From a virus (taxonomy: Duplodnaviria > Caudoviricetes), in the IMG/VR virus record IMGVR_UViG_3300016649_000097, positions 22,585-86,584 of that record: 64,000 bases of DNA. One strand, written 5' to 3'. Under the pieces are notes generated by a model, which did not search any database, was not told where the DNA came from, and saw nothing but the letters and a program-made list of their open reading frames with translations. A program made the position numbers and the translations under genes. Positions 8,166 through 16,817 of the stretch are shown here, piece by piece; position 1 is the first letter of the stretch, and every line of letters begins with the position of its first letter.

Positions 8166-8544
8166 AGTTACTATGACTAACTCAGTTATTCTTCTCAGTA
8201 ATAGCCAAGTAACTCACATAGCAATTCCTGGAATTAGCCACCTGAGATAAGTAGTTACTTATTCCGGTCTTCTCTTCAGGTGACGGGTAGTTAGTTAGTA
8301 ACTTGGGATTCCGCCAGAGTAGTTACTTACTTGGATTCTCCTACCGGCTATTGCTATGCGTAGTTACTTATTCGACAGCGTGGCTATGTGATTATCTATC
8401 TATTACTAAAGTGTTTATTTGTATTAGGTATTTCTATTATCTATTTATGTATCTATTACATTCTTTGTATTAGTCATTACTGAAAAGAAAAACTCTTTGG
8501 CGCGATTAGTTATGTGGGGGCGCACGCGTAAGGGCTAAGTAACT
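8166..8544. repeat. Seven AGTWACT boxes plus AT-rich tract (origin-like)
   Basis: Copies at 8166, 8208, 8253, 8297, 8321, 8362, 8538; AT-rich tract ~8398-8492; non-coding, at the strand switch. Confidence 0.7.
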
Positions 8545-8648
8545 ATTCGCAAGGGGGCGTGGTGCTTGGGGCGAGTTAGTTGAACTTTCAACCAAGTCAC
8601 TTGGGGGCTAGGGGCTAGATATGCGTAAAACGCCTATAAACAGGCGTG

Positions 8649-8677
8649 TAGAACTCAGTTGGTCTTTATGGCATAAT
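8649..8677 (+). promoter_or_regulatory. Extended -10 promoter for the rightward block
   Basis: TG-G-CATAAT at 8669-8677; weak -35 TAGAAC 17 bp upstream. Confidence 0.6.
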
Positions 8678-8683
8678 TGGCTC

Positions 8684-9288
8684 AGCGCACGCGCCAAGCG
8701 TGGGTCGGAAAAGAAGCACCAATCCGAGTGATTCCGATTCACTAGTAGGCAGAAGTGAAAAAGGCTAAACGCACTAGCACTAGCGGTGTATCTGTTAATA
8801 GAACTTCGGTTCGCGGTTGATAACCAAAACAGAGTGACGAAATAACTAGAAGCGTTTAATTAAATAGAGGCTAAGAAGAACGCGATTACTGTGTGAGTTC
8901 TACGAGTGAAATAAAAAAATACTTTGTTACTAGTAGTGATGATTCCTATTACTAACGGCTCGTATTAAAAACAAAGAGAGAACTTTGACTCACGCACATT
9001 CGGTGTAACTACCTAACGATTATGAAAATAATTGTGAATAGCGTTTGGCTTAGAAGAGAGTTACGGAAAGTTGTGTAACTCAATTAGTCATTACTCATGG
9101 ATTGCTAATAACAATTAGTGCCGACAGTAACCAATCTGTAATAAGAACAATGAAGGTAATGACTAAACGAGTTATTCATACTTAGTAATTCCGCTATGTG
9201 TTTAAGAACTTTATGTTCTTACTGTGATTGTCATTCATACCGATTCAGCGAATGAGATTGAATGACAATCGCGGTATCTACATAGGAA
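8684..9288 (+). ncRNA. Large (~600 nt) multi-domain structured ncRNA candidate
   Basis: No plus-strand ORF in the track; about 15 helices including GAAC-UUCG-GUUC (8801-8812), GAUUAU-GAAA-AUAAUU (9018-9033), 11 bp 9084-9094/9156-9166, 12 bp 9226-9237/9259-9270, and a crossing (pseudoknot) pair. Confidence 0.75.
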
Positions 9289-9300
9289 AGAGGAAACACA

Positions 9301-9474
9301 ATGGCAAACACATACACAATCGGTGATTTATTCACCTCTACAAAGTCACAAGTGACAGGAATTATCGAAGAGATTATTCCGGTGCGTGATGACCTAGTGA
9401 AAGTTAGGTTGAATGTTGAAGGCGAAACTCGCTGGACTACATGGACACCTGATGTCGAGCCAATAACTGAATAA
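9301..9474 (+). CDS. 57 aa hypothetical protein (MANTYTIGDLF...)
   Basis: Own translation; RBS GAAAGAGG; beta-rich pattern. Confidence 0.7.
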   Translation: MANTYTIGDLFTSTKSQVTGIIEEIIPVRDDLVKVRLNVEGETRWTTWTPDVEPITE

Positions 9475-9510
9475 CAACTAAATACCAATCAACTAATACA
9501 AGGAGAAATA

Positions 9511-9804
9511 ATGAACCCTATGTTTGATTTCAGCGCAAAAGAAATCGGCATGATTCAGATGAGTATTAGCGCAATCGCGCAAACTACTCAGCACGCAATT
9601 AGTGAAGGCGCAACTCCACCTGACGGCTTCATGGAAACTATCGAATCGGTAGTACATAAACTCAACCTTGTTGTTGAGGCGCGTATCGAAAACGATAATC
9701 AGTTCGAGTCAATCGTTGAGGCGAAACTTCAAGATGTTGAAGAGGCACTAATGATTATTAGCCAAGACCCAACGATTGAAACAGAACAAATAATCTACGA
9801 ATAA
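9511..9804 (+). CDS. Hypothetical acidic helical protein
   Basis: 97 aa, AGGAG RBS. Confidence 0.7.
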   Translation: MNPMFDFSAKEIGMIQMSISAIAQTTQHAISEGATPPDGFMETIESVVHKLNLVVEARIENDNQFESIVEAKLQDVEEALMIISQDPTIETEQIIYE

Positions 9805-9807
9805 CTT

Positions 9808-9895
9808 TCTGTCACTAACAGACACCGCTTGAAACGAGAACAGGTGCTAGCGAGATTCCACGACCTGCCTTCTCTGTTAGTGACAGATTCTTTTT
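9808..9895 (+). other. Intergenic long-stem RNA structure with U-tract
   Basis: 15-bp perfect IR 9808-9822/9873-9887 enclosing inner stems; followed by TTCTTTTT. Confidence 0.7.
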
Positions 9896-9958
9896 AATAC
9901 ACAACTTAATAACAACTTAATAATCCAAATACAAACAATCACCTAGAGAAAGAAAACA

Positions 9959-11323
9959 ATGACTACAACGCAATACGGCGTATTACTCGCCTCACAACCT
10001 GCTGATGTAACACTCACACGACAAGTTGTTATCGCAAAGATAGATAACGAGATTGTCTGCTACTCACGCCTTACGAATGGCAAGCAAGGCAAACAGAACG
10101 CATGGGTAAAAGGCGCGTTCAAGTTTGATAGTGGCGAGCCACTAATCGGTGAGCCGGTTTCAATTCCGATAACACAGAATGATGTTGATGATTACAAAGA
10201 GAACGACATTCCAAGAGTTCTCATTCAGAAACTAATTCGTAAGCACTCTTTATCAGACCAATCACTAACTGATGAAGCGATTAGTGTCGCTGATTCAATA
10301 TGGGAAGCGTTTGATAATGACCCTGCTTCACTTGCTAAGTTCTTCGTTGATAATCGCGGTCAAAGAGTTACTAAGGGCTCTGTTGTATCGCACGATTCTG
10401 TTATTCAGATTCGTCACGCAACTTCACAGGTCGCACAATCACTTGTTGATAGTGAAGAGCGTTCTCTGTATCTACCAAGTGTTACTGAGTTCTCTCATTA
10501 CATTCAGCGAAAGTTTGCTGGTGATGTTGATGAATTAACTATGTATCAGTTCGCACTTGCTAACAAGATGAATGTTCTTCTTTACGGAGATGCCGGAACA
10601 GGTAAGACTTCATCTTCCATGTGGATTGCTTCATTACTTGGGCTTCCATACTTTGCGATTCCTTCTAACTCTGCTCTTGATTACACGCAGATTGTTGGCG
10701 GTTATGTTCCAAACGCTAACGGCTCGTTGTCATGGACAGACGGCGCGGTAACTCGCTTAGTTCGTAATGGTGGCGTTCTTCTTATCGGTGAAGTAAATAC
10801 ACTCGCTAAGAATGTTCAGCAGTTCCTAATGCCATTACTTGACTACCGCCGGTCAATTACAGTTATGGAGAATGGCAACGAAGTTATCAAGGCGCACGAC
10901 AACTTGTTAATTATCGCTGACATGAATCCAAACTATCGTGGCACTCAATTACTCAACGAAGCATGGAAAGACCGCTTCGAGATTAAATTGAACTTCGGTT
11001 ATGACCGCGCTATTGAGAAGAAGATTCTCAAATCAGAATCACTACTCGACCTTGCCTATGGCATGAGGTCGCGTTCTCGTGGTGCTGACAATCATTACTC
11101 CGGTGACAACAACACAATCTTTGATACGCCGGTTTCAACTCGTATTCTCAAAACTTTCGAGAAGTTAGCAACGGAATTGTCATTCGATTTCGCTTGTGAA
11201 GTCTTTGCGAATAACTTTGATGAGAACGAGCGACCAGCAGTTAAGTTGTTGCTCGAATCAAATGCTTACAACCTTCAATCAGATTTAGGTTTGATTGAAA
11301 CTACTTCTACAACTTCGGCTTAG
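9959..11323 (+). CDS. MoxR/CbbQ-NirQ-type AAA+ ATPase
   Basis: Walker A GDAGTGKT; DGAVT..VRNGGVLLIGEVN; MNPNYRGTQLLNEAWKDRF; VSTR. Confidence 0.9.
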   Translation: MTTTQYGVLLASQPADVTLTRQVVIAKIDNEIVCYSRLTNGKQGKQNAWVKGAFKFDSGEPLIGEPVSIPITQNDVDDYKENDIPRVLIQKLIRKHSLSDQSLTDEAISVADSIWEAFDNDPASLAKFFVDNRGQRVTKGSVVSHDSVIQIRHATSQVAQSLVDSEERSLYLPSVTEFSHYIQRKFAGDVDELTMYQFALANKMNVLLYGDAGTGKTSSSMWIASLLGLPYFAIPSNSALDYTQIVGGYVPNANGSLSWTDGAVTRLVRNGGVLLIGEVNTLAKNVQQFLMPLLDYRRSITVMENGNEVIKAHDNLLIIADMNPNYRGTQLLNEAWKDRFEIKLNFGYDRAIEKKILKSESLLDLAYGMRSRSRGADNHYSGDNNTIFDTPVSTRILKTFEKLATELSFDFACEVFANNFDENERPAVKLLLESNAYNLQSDLGLIETTSTTSA

Positions 11324-11333
11324 AAAGGTAATC

Positions 11334-13271
11334 ATGTCACTACCGGAACTAACAGAGTTCGCAAAGTTAGCGAATGACATTCTGTTGGAAGAAGAAGAGC
11401 GCAATCGCGCTCGTGTCGAGCGACTAACTCGATACTTCTCTCGCGTTAATTCCGCACTTACATTCCGCGAAATTAAAGTGAAGGTTGAATCTTCTACGAT
11501 TGAAGCACCTGCTTGGTCGGGTGCTTCTGACATAACTCTCAACTCACGACTCATTAACGACTTTAATAATGGCGTTAATGTTGCGAATCTTCGTGGGCTT
11601 AACTTCCACGAGTTGTCGCACATTCTCTATACACCTAGACATGGTTCAGAGATTGTTACTTGGGTTAATGAGAACAAGTATCGCTTGGCGTTTAATGCGT
11701 TGGAAGACCAACGAATCGAAACACTATTCACCGCACGATTCCCTTCCACTACGGATTGGTTCGTTGTAACTGTTCTGACTTACTTTGTTAATGACGAAAA
11801 ACAATTCCAAACTTCTTATCCGTTGCTTCGTGGTCGTAAGTATCTGCCACTAGAAGTTCGTGAGAAGTCGCGTGAGTTGTTTCCATTCCAAGATAAGTTA
11901 GATGAAATCTGTGAAATCGTTGATGAATACAGAACGCTGGTGTATCCACTCGACACAGAGCGTGGCAAAGTTCTTATTGAACGATTCCACAATCTAATTG
12001 GCTCGTTGCCTCAGCATGGTGACGGCGGTAATGGTGACGGCGGTAATGGTGAATCCAAAGACGGAGAATCTTCTACTGTTGATTACAACGACCTAACTGA
12101 TGAACAGAAACAACAGGTAAGGAACGCTAGACCTGCTGACGGCAGTAATGGCGCACCGACTACGACAATCCTTAACTGTCCATTCGGTCATGGTGACAGA
12201 CCAACGGAAGGTATCGAGCCTTCGATACATTCACGACCACAGACACCGAAGAATCAGAAGCGTGATAGCGAACGCGCAAAGCAATTAGATAAAGCGATTC
12301 AAGATGAAGCGCAAACTTCACAATCGCAATCTAAAGATTCGCAATCGCAATCACCTTCTCAACAAGGTGGTAACTCTGCCGGTAACACAGGTTCTCTTAC
12401 TGAGATTCTGAAAACCGCGATAAGTGATGTTATGGATAAGGAAAGTGTCGCTAATGAAATCACCGAGATTATTCGCGTGATGAAAGGGCTACCTTCTCTT
12501 TCTAGTAACAATCTCACAGAGCCCGACCTTGCTTCATACGCAAAAGCAATTCCTGATTCCAAGACACTTTCTACTTCCGTTTCATTCGCTCGTGAATTGG
12601 AACGATTGAAAGCAAAGTTCGACCCTGCTTGGGATAAGTATGAATCGCGTGGCAAACTAAACGCACAACGATTCGTTCGTGGTGATGATTTAGATACTGT
12701 CTTTGATACTTGGAATGAAGGTCGAGAAGACGCTACTGAAATTGAGTGCGTAATCATTCTCGACAAGTCCGGTTCTATGGGCGGTAACAAAGCAACTCAG
12801 GCTTATCGCGCTATGTATGCGATTAAGTATGCGCTCGACAAAATCGGTGCTAACTGTTCTGTTATCACTTTCAATCACGAAGCAGAAGTTCTTTATCGCG
12901 CAAGTGACAAAGCAACTTCATTCATTCGTGATAGTGGTGCTGACGGCGGAACTAACGCCGAATACGCGGTGCGCTACGCAACTAAGTTGCTTGCTGAATC
13001 AGATAAGCCGGTCAAGTTGTTCTTCGCAATAACTGACGGCGAATGGTCTGATAGTGAGGCGTGTGACGGAGAGATTAAGAAACTATCTCGTGCCGGTGTT
13101 CTCACCGCGTTCGCTTACATTCCTGAACACAACGAAGAGGTTGTATTGACTCACGAGAAAGCGCATTACGCAGATGTCGCTTCTGTGATTCGCAATCCAT
13201 TCGATTTAGTTGGTATGGCTCGCACAATCGTTCGTAACGCGATTACTCGCAGAGTTACTTCCAACGCTTAG
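11334..13271 (+). CDS. CobT-like protein: zincin-like HExxH domain plus C-terminal vWA
   Basis: FHELSHILYT, NALEDQRIE; MIDAS LDKSGSM..GGT..TDGE; ATG 11334 after GAAAGG. Confidence 0.85.
   Translation: MSLPELTEFAKLANDILLEEEERNRARVERLTRYFSRVNSALTFREIKVKVESSTIEAPAWSGASDITLNSRLINDFNNGVNVANLRGLNFHELSHILYTPRHGSEIVTWVNENKYRLAFNALEDQRIETLFTARFPSTTDWFVVTVLTYFVNDEKQFQTSYPLLRGRKYLPLEVREKSRELFPFQDKLDEICEIVDEYRTLVYPLDTERGKVLIERFHNLIGSLPQHGDGGNGDGGNGESKDGESSTVDYNDLTDEQKQQVRNARPADGSNGAPTTTILNCPFGHGDRPTEGIEPSIHSRPQTPKNQKRDSERAKQLDKAIQDEAQTSQSQSKDSQSQSPSQQGGNSAGNTGSLTEILKTAISDVMDKESVANEITEIIRVMKGLPSLSSNNLTEPDLASYAKAIPDSKTLSTSVSFARELERLKAKFDPAWDKYESRGKLNAQRFVRGDDLDTVFDTWNEGREDATEIECVIILDKSGSMGGNKATQAYRAMYAIKYALDKIGANCSVITFNHEAEVLYRASDKATSFIRDSGADGGTNAEYAVRYATKLLAESDKPVKLFFAITDGEWSDSEACDGEIKKLSRAGVLTAFAYIPEHNEEVVLTHEKAHYADVASVIRNPFDLVGMARTIVRNAITRRVTSNA
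12016..12052 (+). repeat. 15-bp tandem repeat encoding a GDGGN linker
   Basis: ATGGTGACGGCGGTA x2 plus a partial third copy. Confidence 0.85.
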
Positions 13272-13272
13272 G

Positions 13273-13322
13273 TGTCACTCTCTAGGTGACAAGGTGTGGG
13301 GCGTATTCATTACGCCTCACAC
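13273..13322 (+). other. Intergenic double hairpin
   Basis: TGTCAC/GTGACA and 12-bp GTGTGGGGCGTA/TACGCCTCACAC. Confidence 0.7.
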
Positions 13323-13371
13323 TTCCAATTACAAACAATCCAATTACAAACTAATCAGGAGAAATAAAAAG

Positions 13372-13986
13372 ATGAAGTTCAACGAACTACAAGTCGGTGT
13401 CGAATACGCGGTCATTCCTTCATGGCAGTATTCATCACGAGAAAAGAAAGACCCTAATCAAGTTAGAAGAAATGATGTTGAGAAAACAACTCTCGTTAAT
13501 CTAACTAAATACGAATACAAGGTGTATCGCGCTGATAGAGCAGACCACCCTGAGTTCGTTCAAGCACCGCAAGGCTCGCGTTCTGTCGGTTATCTAGTGA
13601 CCGCTAGTGACGGAATGAACTCTCCGGTCTATTGGCTCGCACGACCACAAGACATTGTGGAACGCTGGTCAGTTCTCGAACCAATATGGCAAGAGAAGGA
13701 ACGCCTAGAACAAGCACGACAGGCAGAAGAGAAGAGAAAGCGTGAAGCAGAAGAAGCGCAACGCCAACTTATCTTGGAGAACCGCGCTCGCTTAGAGAAA
13801 TCAACTCTTGAATCTCTACAAGCGATTCTCGGTGGTCGTGCTAATCCGCAAAATCTTTCATTCGATACTCGTAGTTCTCGTGACTCGAATGGCAATTACA
13901 AAGAAATAAATACTGTCCGATTCGATTTGGAATTGGCGCAAATACTTATTGAGAAGTGCCTAGAAGCAAAGGAGATAGTGGGCTAA
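13372..13986 (+). CDS. Hypothetical protein (SH3-like N-terminus, coiled coil)
   Basis: Start MKFNELQVG after AGGAG; charged helical middle. Confidence 0.7.
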   Translation: MKFNELQVGVEYAVIPSWQYSSREKKDPNQVRRNDVEKTTLVNLTKYEYKVYRADRADHPEFVQAPQGSRSVGYLVTASDGMNSPVYWLARPQDIVERWSVLEPIWQEKERLEQARQAEEKRKREAEEAQRQLILENRARLEKSTLESLQAILGGRANPQNLSFDTRSSRDSNGNYKEINTVRFDLELAQILIEKCLEAKEIVG

Positions 13987-14621
13987 TGACAACTGACACA
14001 AACGCACCGGAGATTGGGGCAACTCAATCTCCGGCTAATACAAAAGTTCGTAATGAGTCTTTCTATTTAGAGAGATTCAAAAGTTGCGTTGCTCGTTCTT
14101 ACGCCGTTAATGGTCGAATCGTTGATACAGATTACTTCTGTGAAATCTACAAAGGATTCGCCATAGTTACATGGAAGCAAGAGTGGAATAATGTAAATAA
14201 TGGAACGCGAATCAAGTTCAGTAACTATGTGTGGGAAGTCGGTGGTGTATTCGACCACCTAGAAAATCTTGGGTGGATTGCTCAGGGTTGTGTCGTTACC
14301 GGATACAACGCTGATACCCAAGAGAAGGCATTGAAGAAGGCAAGGAAACGAGTTGATTTACTTGCCGAGATATATTCACACAAGAGCGAACTAATGGGTC
14401 TTTCTCAAATGTGGTTACCGCGTGGTGTTACAACTGTAACTCCGGTCTATAACGCTTTGATTGGTGATGTTGTTGCCATTCGTGCCTTTGGTAGAGCGCG
14501 ACTTGGAAAGATTGTGAAGTTAGTTGGTAGTCGCTTTGTTGTTGCTTACATGACTCCAAGTAACACGCACGACATTCATTACAAAACACTTCCCCTATCT
14601 CAAATCTATCCAAAGGATTAG
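13986..14621 (+). CDS. Hypothetical protein
   Basis: TAATG coupling; C-terminal IGDVVAIRAFGRARLGKIVK SH3-like segment. Confidence 0.7.
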   Translation: MTTDTNAPEIGATQSPANTKVRNESFYLERFKSCVARSYAVNGRIVDTDYFCEIYKGFAIVTWKQEWNNVNNGTRIKFSNYVWEVGGVFDHLENLGWIAQGCVVTGYNADTQEKALKKARKRVDLLAEIYSHKSELMGLSQMWLPRGVTTVTPVYNALIGDVVAIRAFGRARLGKIVKLVGSRFVVAYMTPSNTHDIHYKTLPLSQIYPKD

Positions 14622-14623
14622 AC

Positions 14624-14803
14624 ATGGCTACCAAACTAACTCGTAGAGGTTGGATTGTTCTAGTAATCATTCCGGCTATCTTCATTACAATCTTTGTTTC
14701 ATGGGCTACTCGTGATGTTTGCTATGTAGGTGACAAGCCTTATGCGAACGCTCTTGGTTATGGCTCATGTCAGAAATTACTTGAAGAGTTGGTGAATAAA
14801 TGA
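14624..14803 (+). CDS. 59 aa single-TM protein (MATKLTRRGWIVLVII..RDVCYVG..YGSC)
   Basis: Own translation; TM helix and Cys pair. Confidence 0.7.
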   Translation: MATKLTRRGWIVLVIIPAIFITIFVSWATRDVCYVGDKPYANALGYGSCQKLLEELVNK

Positions 14804-14895
14804 TTATTACAATCTTTGTATTAACAATCTTAGCGACTCTTATCGGGGTCGCTATTGGAACTTCGTTCGACATGATTGAAGGAGAACACGAATGA
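14800..14895 (+). CDS. 31 aa hydrophobic peptide
   Basis: ATGA-coupled at both ends; MIITIFVLTILATLIGVAIG. Confidence 0.55.
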   Translation: MIITIFVLTILATLIGVAIGTSFDMIEGEHE

Positions 14896-15446
14896 CTAAA
14901 ACAAAAGTTTGTAGTCATTGTAAAACTCGCAAGCCATTGACTTCATTCAATCGCAAGCGTTCTACTCGTGGCGAATTAGGTAACACACAACCCTATTGCC
15001 GACCATGCCAAAGCGAGCGACAGAAGACTTACTATCGAAAAGATACTAAGGCGCAATTACAAAGAATGTATAAGAATCGTAAGAGGCGTAAGAAAGAGAT
15101 TCATTCTTATCTTGCGACTTACTTCGCAAAGAACAGTTGCGTTGATTGTTCTAAAAAGAAACTTCGCGTTAAGAAATTACTTAAAGGCAAAGTTCCTACT
15201 TCGACAATCAACCAAGTAATTGCGACTATGGATTCTGACATTCGCAACCTAACCTTCGACCACCTTCACACAAGGGGCGAGAAGGAATACACAATCGCTG
15301 ACATGATTCGTGACATTCAACCATTACACAAGATTAAAAAAGAAATACAAAAGTGCGTAGTGCGTTGCCATAACTGTCACGACACAATAACTGTGAAGCG
15401 TGCTAAGAATTGGAGATACCACGCCCACAAACAATTAACTAAATAA
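14892..15446 (+). CDS. HNH-type endonuclease with Zn ribbons
   Basis: CSHC..YCRPC; CVDC..FDH..KCVVRCHNCH. Confidence 0.75.
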   Translation: MTKTKVCSHCKTRKPLTSFNRKRSTRGELGNTQPYCRPCQSERQKTYYRKDTKAQLQRMYKNRKRRKKEIHSYLATYFAKNSCVDCSKKKLRVKKLLKGKVPTSTINQVIATMDSDIRNLTFDHLHTRGEKEYTIADMIRDIQPLHKIKKEIQKCVVRCHNCHDTITVKRAKNWRYHAHKQLTK

Positions 15447-15454
15447 CAAACTTA

Positions 15455-15600
15455 TCTAGTGAAGGTCAAGGTTTATGACCTTTGTAGGTTTCTTCATTAT
15501 TCCTACAAACTAATTCAAGACCAAGAGCAACCATGACCTTACAAGGGGCTTCAAGAACTCCTTTCGACCTTGTAAGTGAGTTGTATCTGCCTTCACTAGA
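15455..15600 (+). other. Intergenic multi-stem RNA structure
   Basis: 11-bp closing stem TCTAGTGAAGG/CCTTCACTAGA; inner stems 15481-88/15502-09 (8 bp) and 15538-46/15568-76 (9 bp). Confidence 0.7.
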
Positions 15601-15625
15601 TTCCAAAACAAAGAGAGGGAAATAA

Positions 15626-16303
15626 ATGCCAAATTATTGCTATAACAATCTTTACATTACTGTTGAAGACAATAAACAGTTAGACAAAATCATTCAAGGG
15701 ATTACTAACAATTCAGAACAACTCTTTGACTTTAATCGAATCATTCCGATACCGGAAGAACTTGCTAATACCAGCGCACCGAACAGAACTAATCCAATTA
15801 CATTAAGAGATAAATATGGATTCTCTGATTGGTATGAATGGCGTTGCGCTAATTGGGGAACTAAGTGGAACGCTTCTGAAGTTGAATTGAATCTTGAAAC
15901 ACCTGAGCAGATTTACATTAAGTTCCAAACGGCATGGTCACCGCCTATTCCGGTAATTAAAAAGATTGCTGAGATGTTTCCATTCGCTTATCTAACTTTG
16001 GATTGGGAAGAGGAAAGCGGTTACTACGGCAGAACAGAGTTCGCTAAAGGCGTTATGACTTTCGACATGGAAGGTGAAATGGATTGCGCTTACCGGATTG
16101 AGAATTGGGGAGATTGTCACCCTGATTGTGAAAACTGTGGTGAGTGTGATTGTGAGATTTGTAATTGCCCGAATCGTTCTATACAAACAATTTGTAGTTC
16201 CTGTAATTCAGGAGAACACGCAATATCAGAAGAAAGGAAAGAAAATGAGGAAAGTCAGACCGCTACGGAATCTGCCTTCATCACAACCGAAGAGAGCAAC
16301 TAA
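15626..16303 (+). CDS. DUF1281/YubB (Api92-like) ferredoxin-like protein with Cys-rich tail
   Basis: MPNYCYN..FDFNRIIPIP..WYEWRCANWGTKW..FQTAWSPP. Confidence 0.8.
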   Translation: MPNYCYNNLYITVEDNKQLDKIIQGITNNSEQLFDFNRIIPIPEELANTSAPNRTNPITLRDKYGFSDWYEWRCANWGTKWNASEVELNLETPEQIYIKFQTAWSPPIPVIKKIAEMFPFAYLTLDWEEESGYYGRTEFAKGVMTFDMEGEMDCAYRIENWGDCHPDCENCGECDCEICNCPNRSIQTICSSCNSGEHAISEERKENEESQTATESAFITTEESN

Positions 16304-16583
16304 TAATCCTGTCTTCAATCTCAAAGTGCCGACACCGCGTGACATGGATAGAACTCCATGCCAAGAGAACGACCCTGAGATTTGGTTTCCAAGTGGCGAA
16401 ACTTTGCCCGAAGATACCGAGAAGATAAGAACGGCTAAGTCACTCTGTTCTATCTGCCATGAATCAAGTAAGTGTCTTTCATTCGCGGTAACGAACCGGA
16501 TTCGTTATGGGATTTGGGGTGGCACTACGGAAGCAGAAAGATACAAACTTATTCGTAAAGCAGAACGGAATAAAAACAAATGA
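16245..16583 (+). CDS. whiB: WhiB-family transcription regulator
   Basis: C..DPEIWFP..AKSLC..C..KCL..YGIWGGTTEAER; ATG 16245 after GAAAGG. Confidence 0.9.
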   Translation: MRKVRPLRNLPSSQPKRATNNPVFNLKVPTPRDMDRTPCQENDPEIWFPSGETLPEDTEKIRTAKSLCSICHESSKCLSFAVTNRIRYGIWGGTTEAERYKLIRKAERNKNK

Positions 16584-16810
16584 AAACGAAAAACAAAAGT
16601 TGTGATGTTTGCTTTTCGTATGGTGTCCAAACAGTTGCCATTACAAGTGACAACTCCGGCACTAATACAAATGTTTGCTTTGTCTGCTTAGATGAATGGG
16701 AAAAACAAAATCCCAATAATCGCTTATGCGAAATCTGTAATAAGAAACCGCCACGCACTTCTGAAAGTAAATACTGTCAGGAATGTCGTGATTGGTTTAA
16801 GAGAAGTTAG
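16580..16810 (+). CDS. Small Cys-rich Zn-finger protein
   Basis: Four CxxC pairs in 76 aa. Confidence 0.6.
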   Translation: MKTKNKSCDVCFSYGVQTVAITSDNSGTNTNVCFVCLDEWEKQNPNNRLCEICNKKPPRTSESKYCQECRDWFKRS

Positions 16811-16817
16811 GAGAATC

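Noticed and set aside
8166-8544. CRISPR array (repeats plus the Cas4-like gene at 34642)
   Set aside because: Repeats are only 7-10 bp in both orientations. The Cas4-like gene is solitary in a recombination operon, as is typical for phage exonucleases.
9808-9887. Hammerhead ribozyme (GAAAC present)
   Set aside because: No CUGANGA core or correct three-stem geometry found
11285-12878. Minus-strand ORFs (112, 143, 62 aa) opposite the vWA gene, and similar antisense ORFs such as 33559-33984, 52188-52631 and 58536-59138
   Set aside because: Shadow ORFs of long conserved genes; no RBS or motifs
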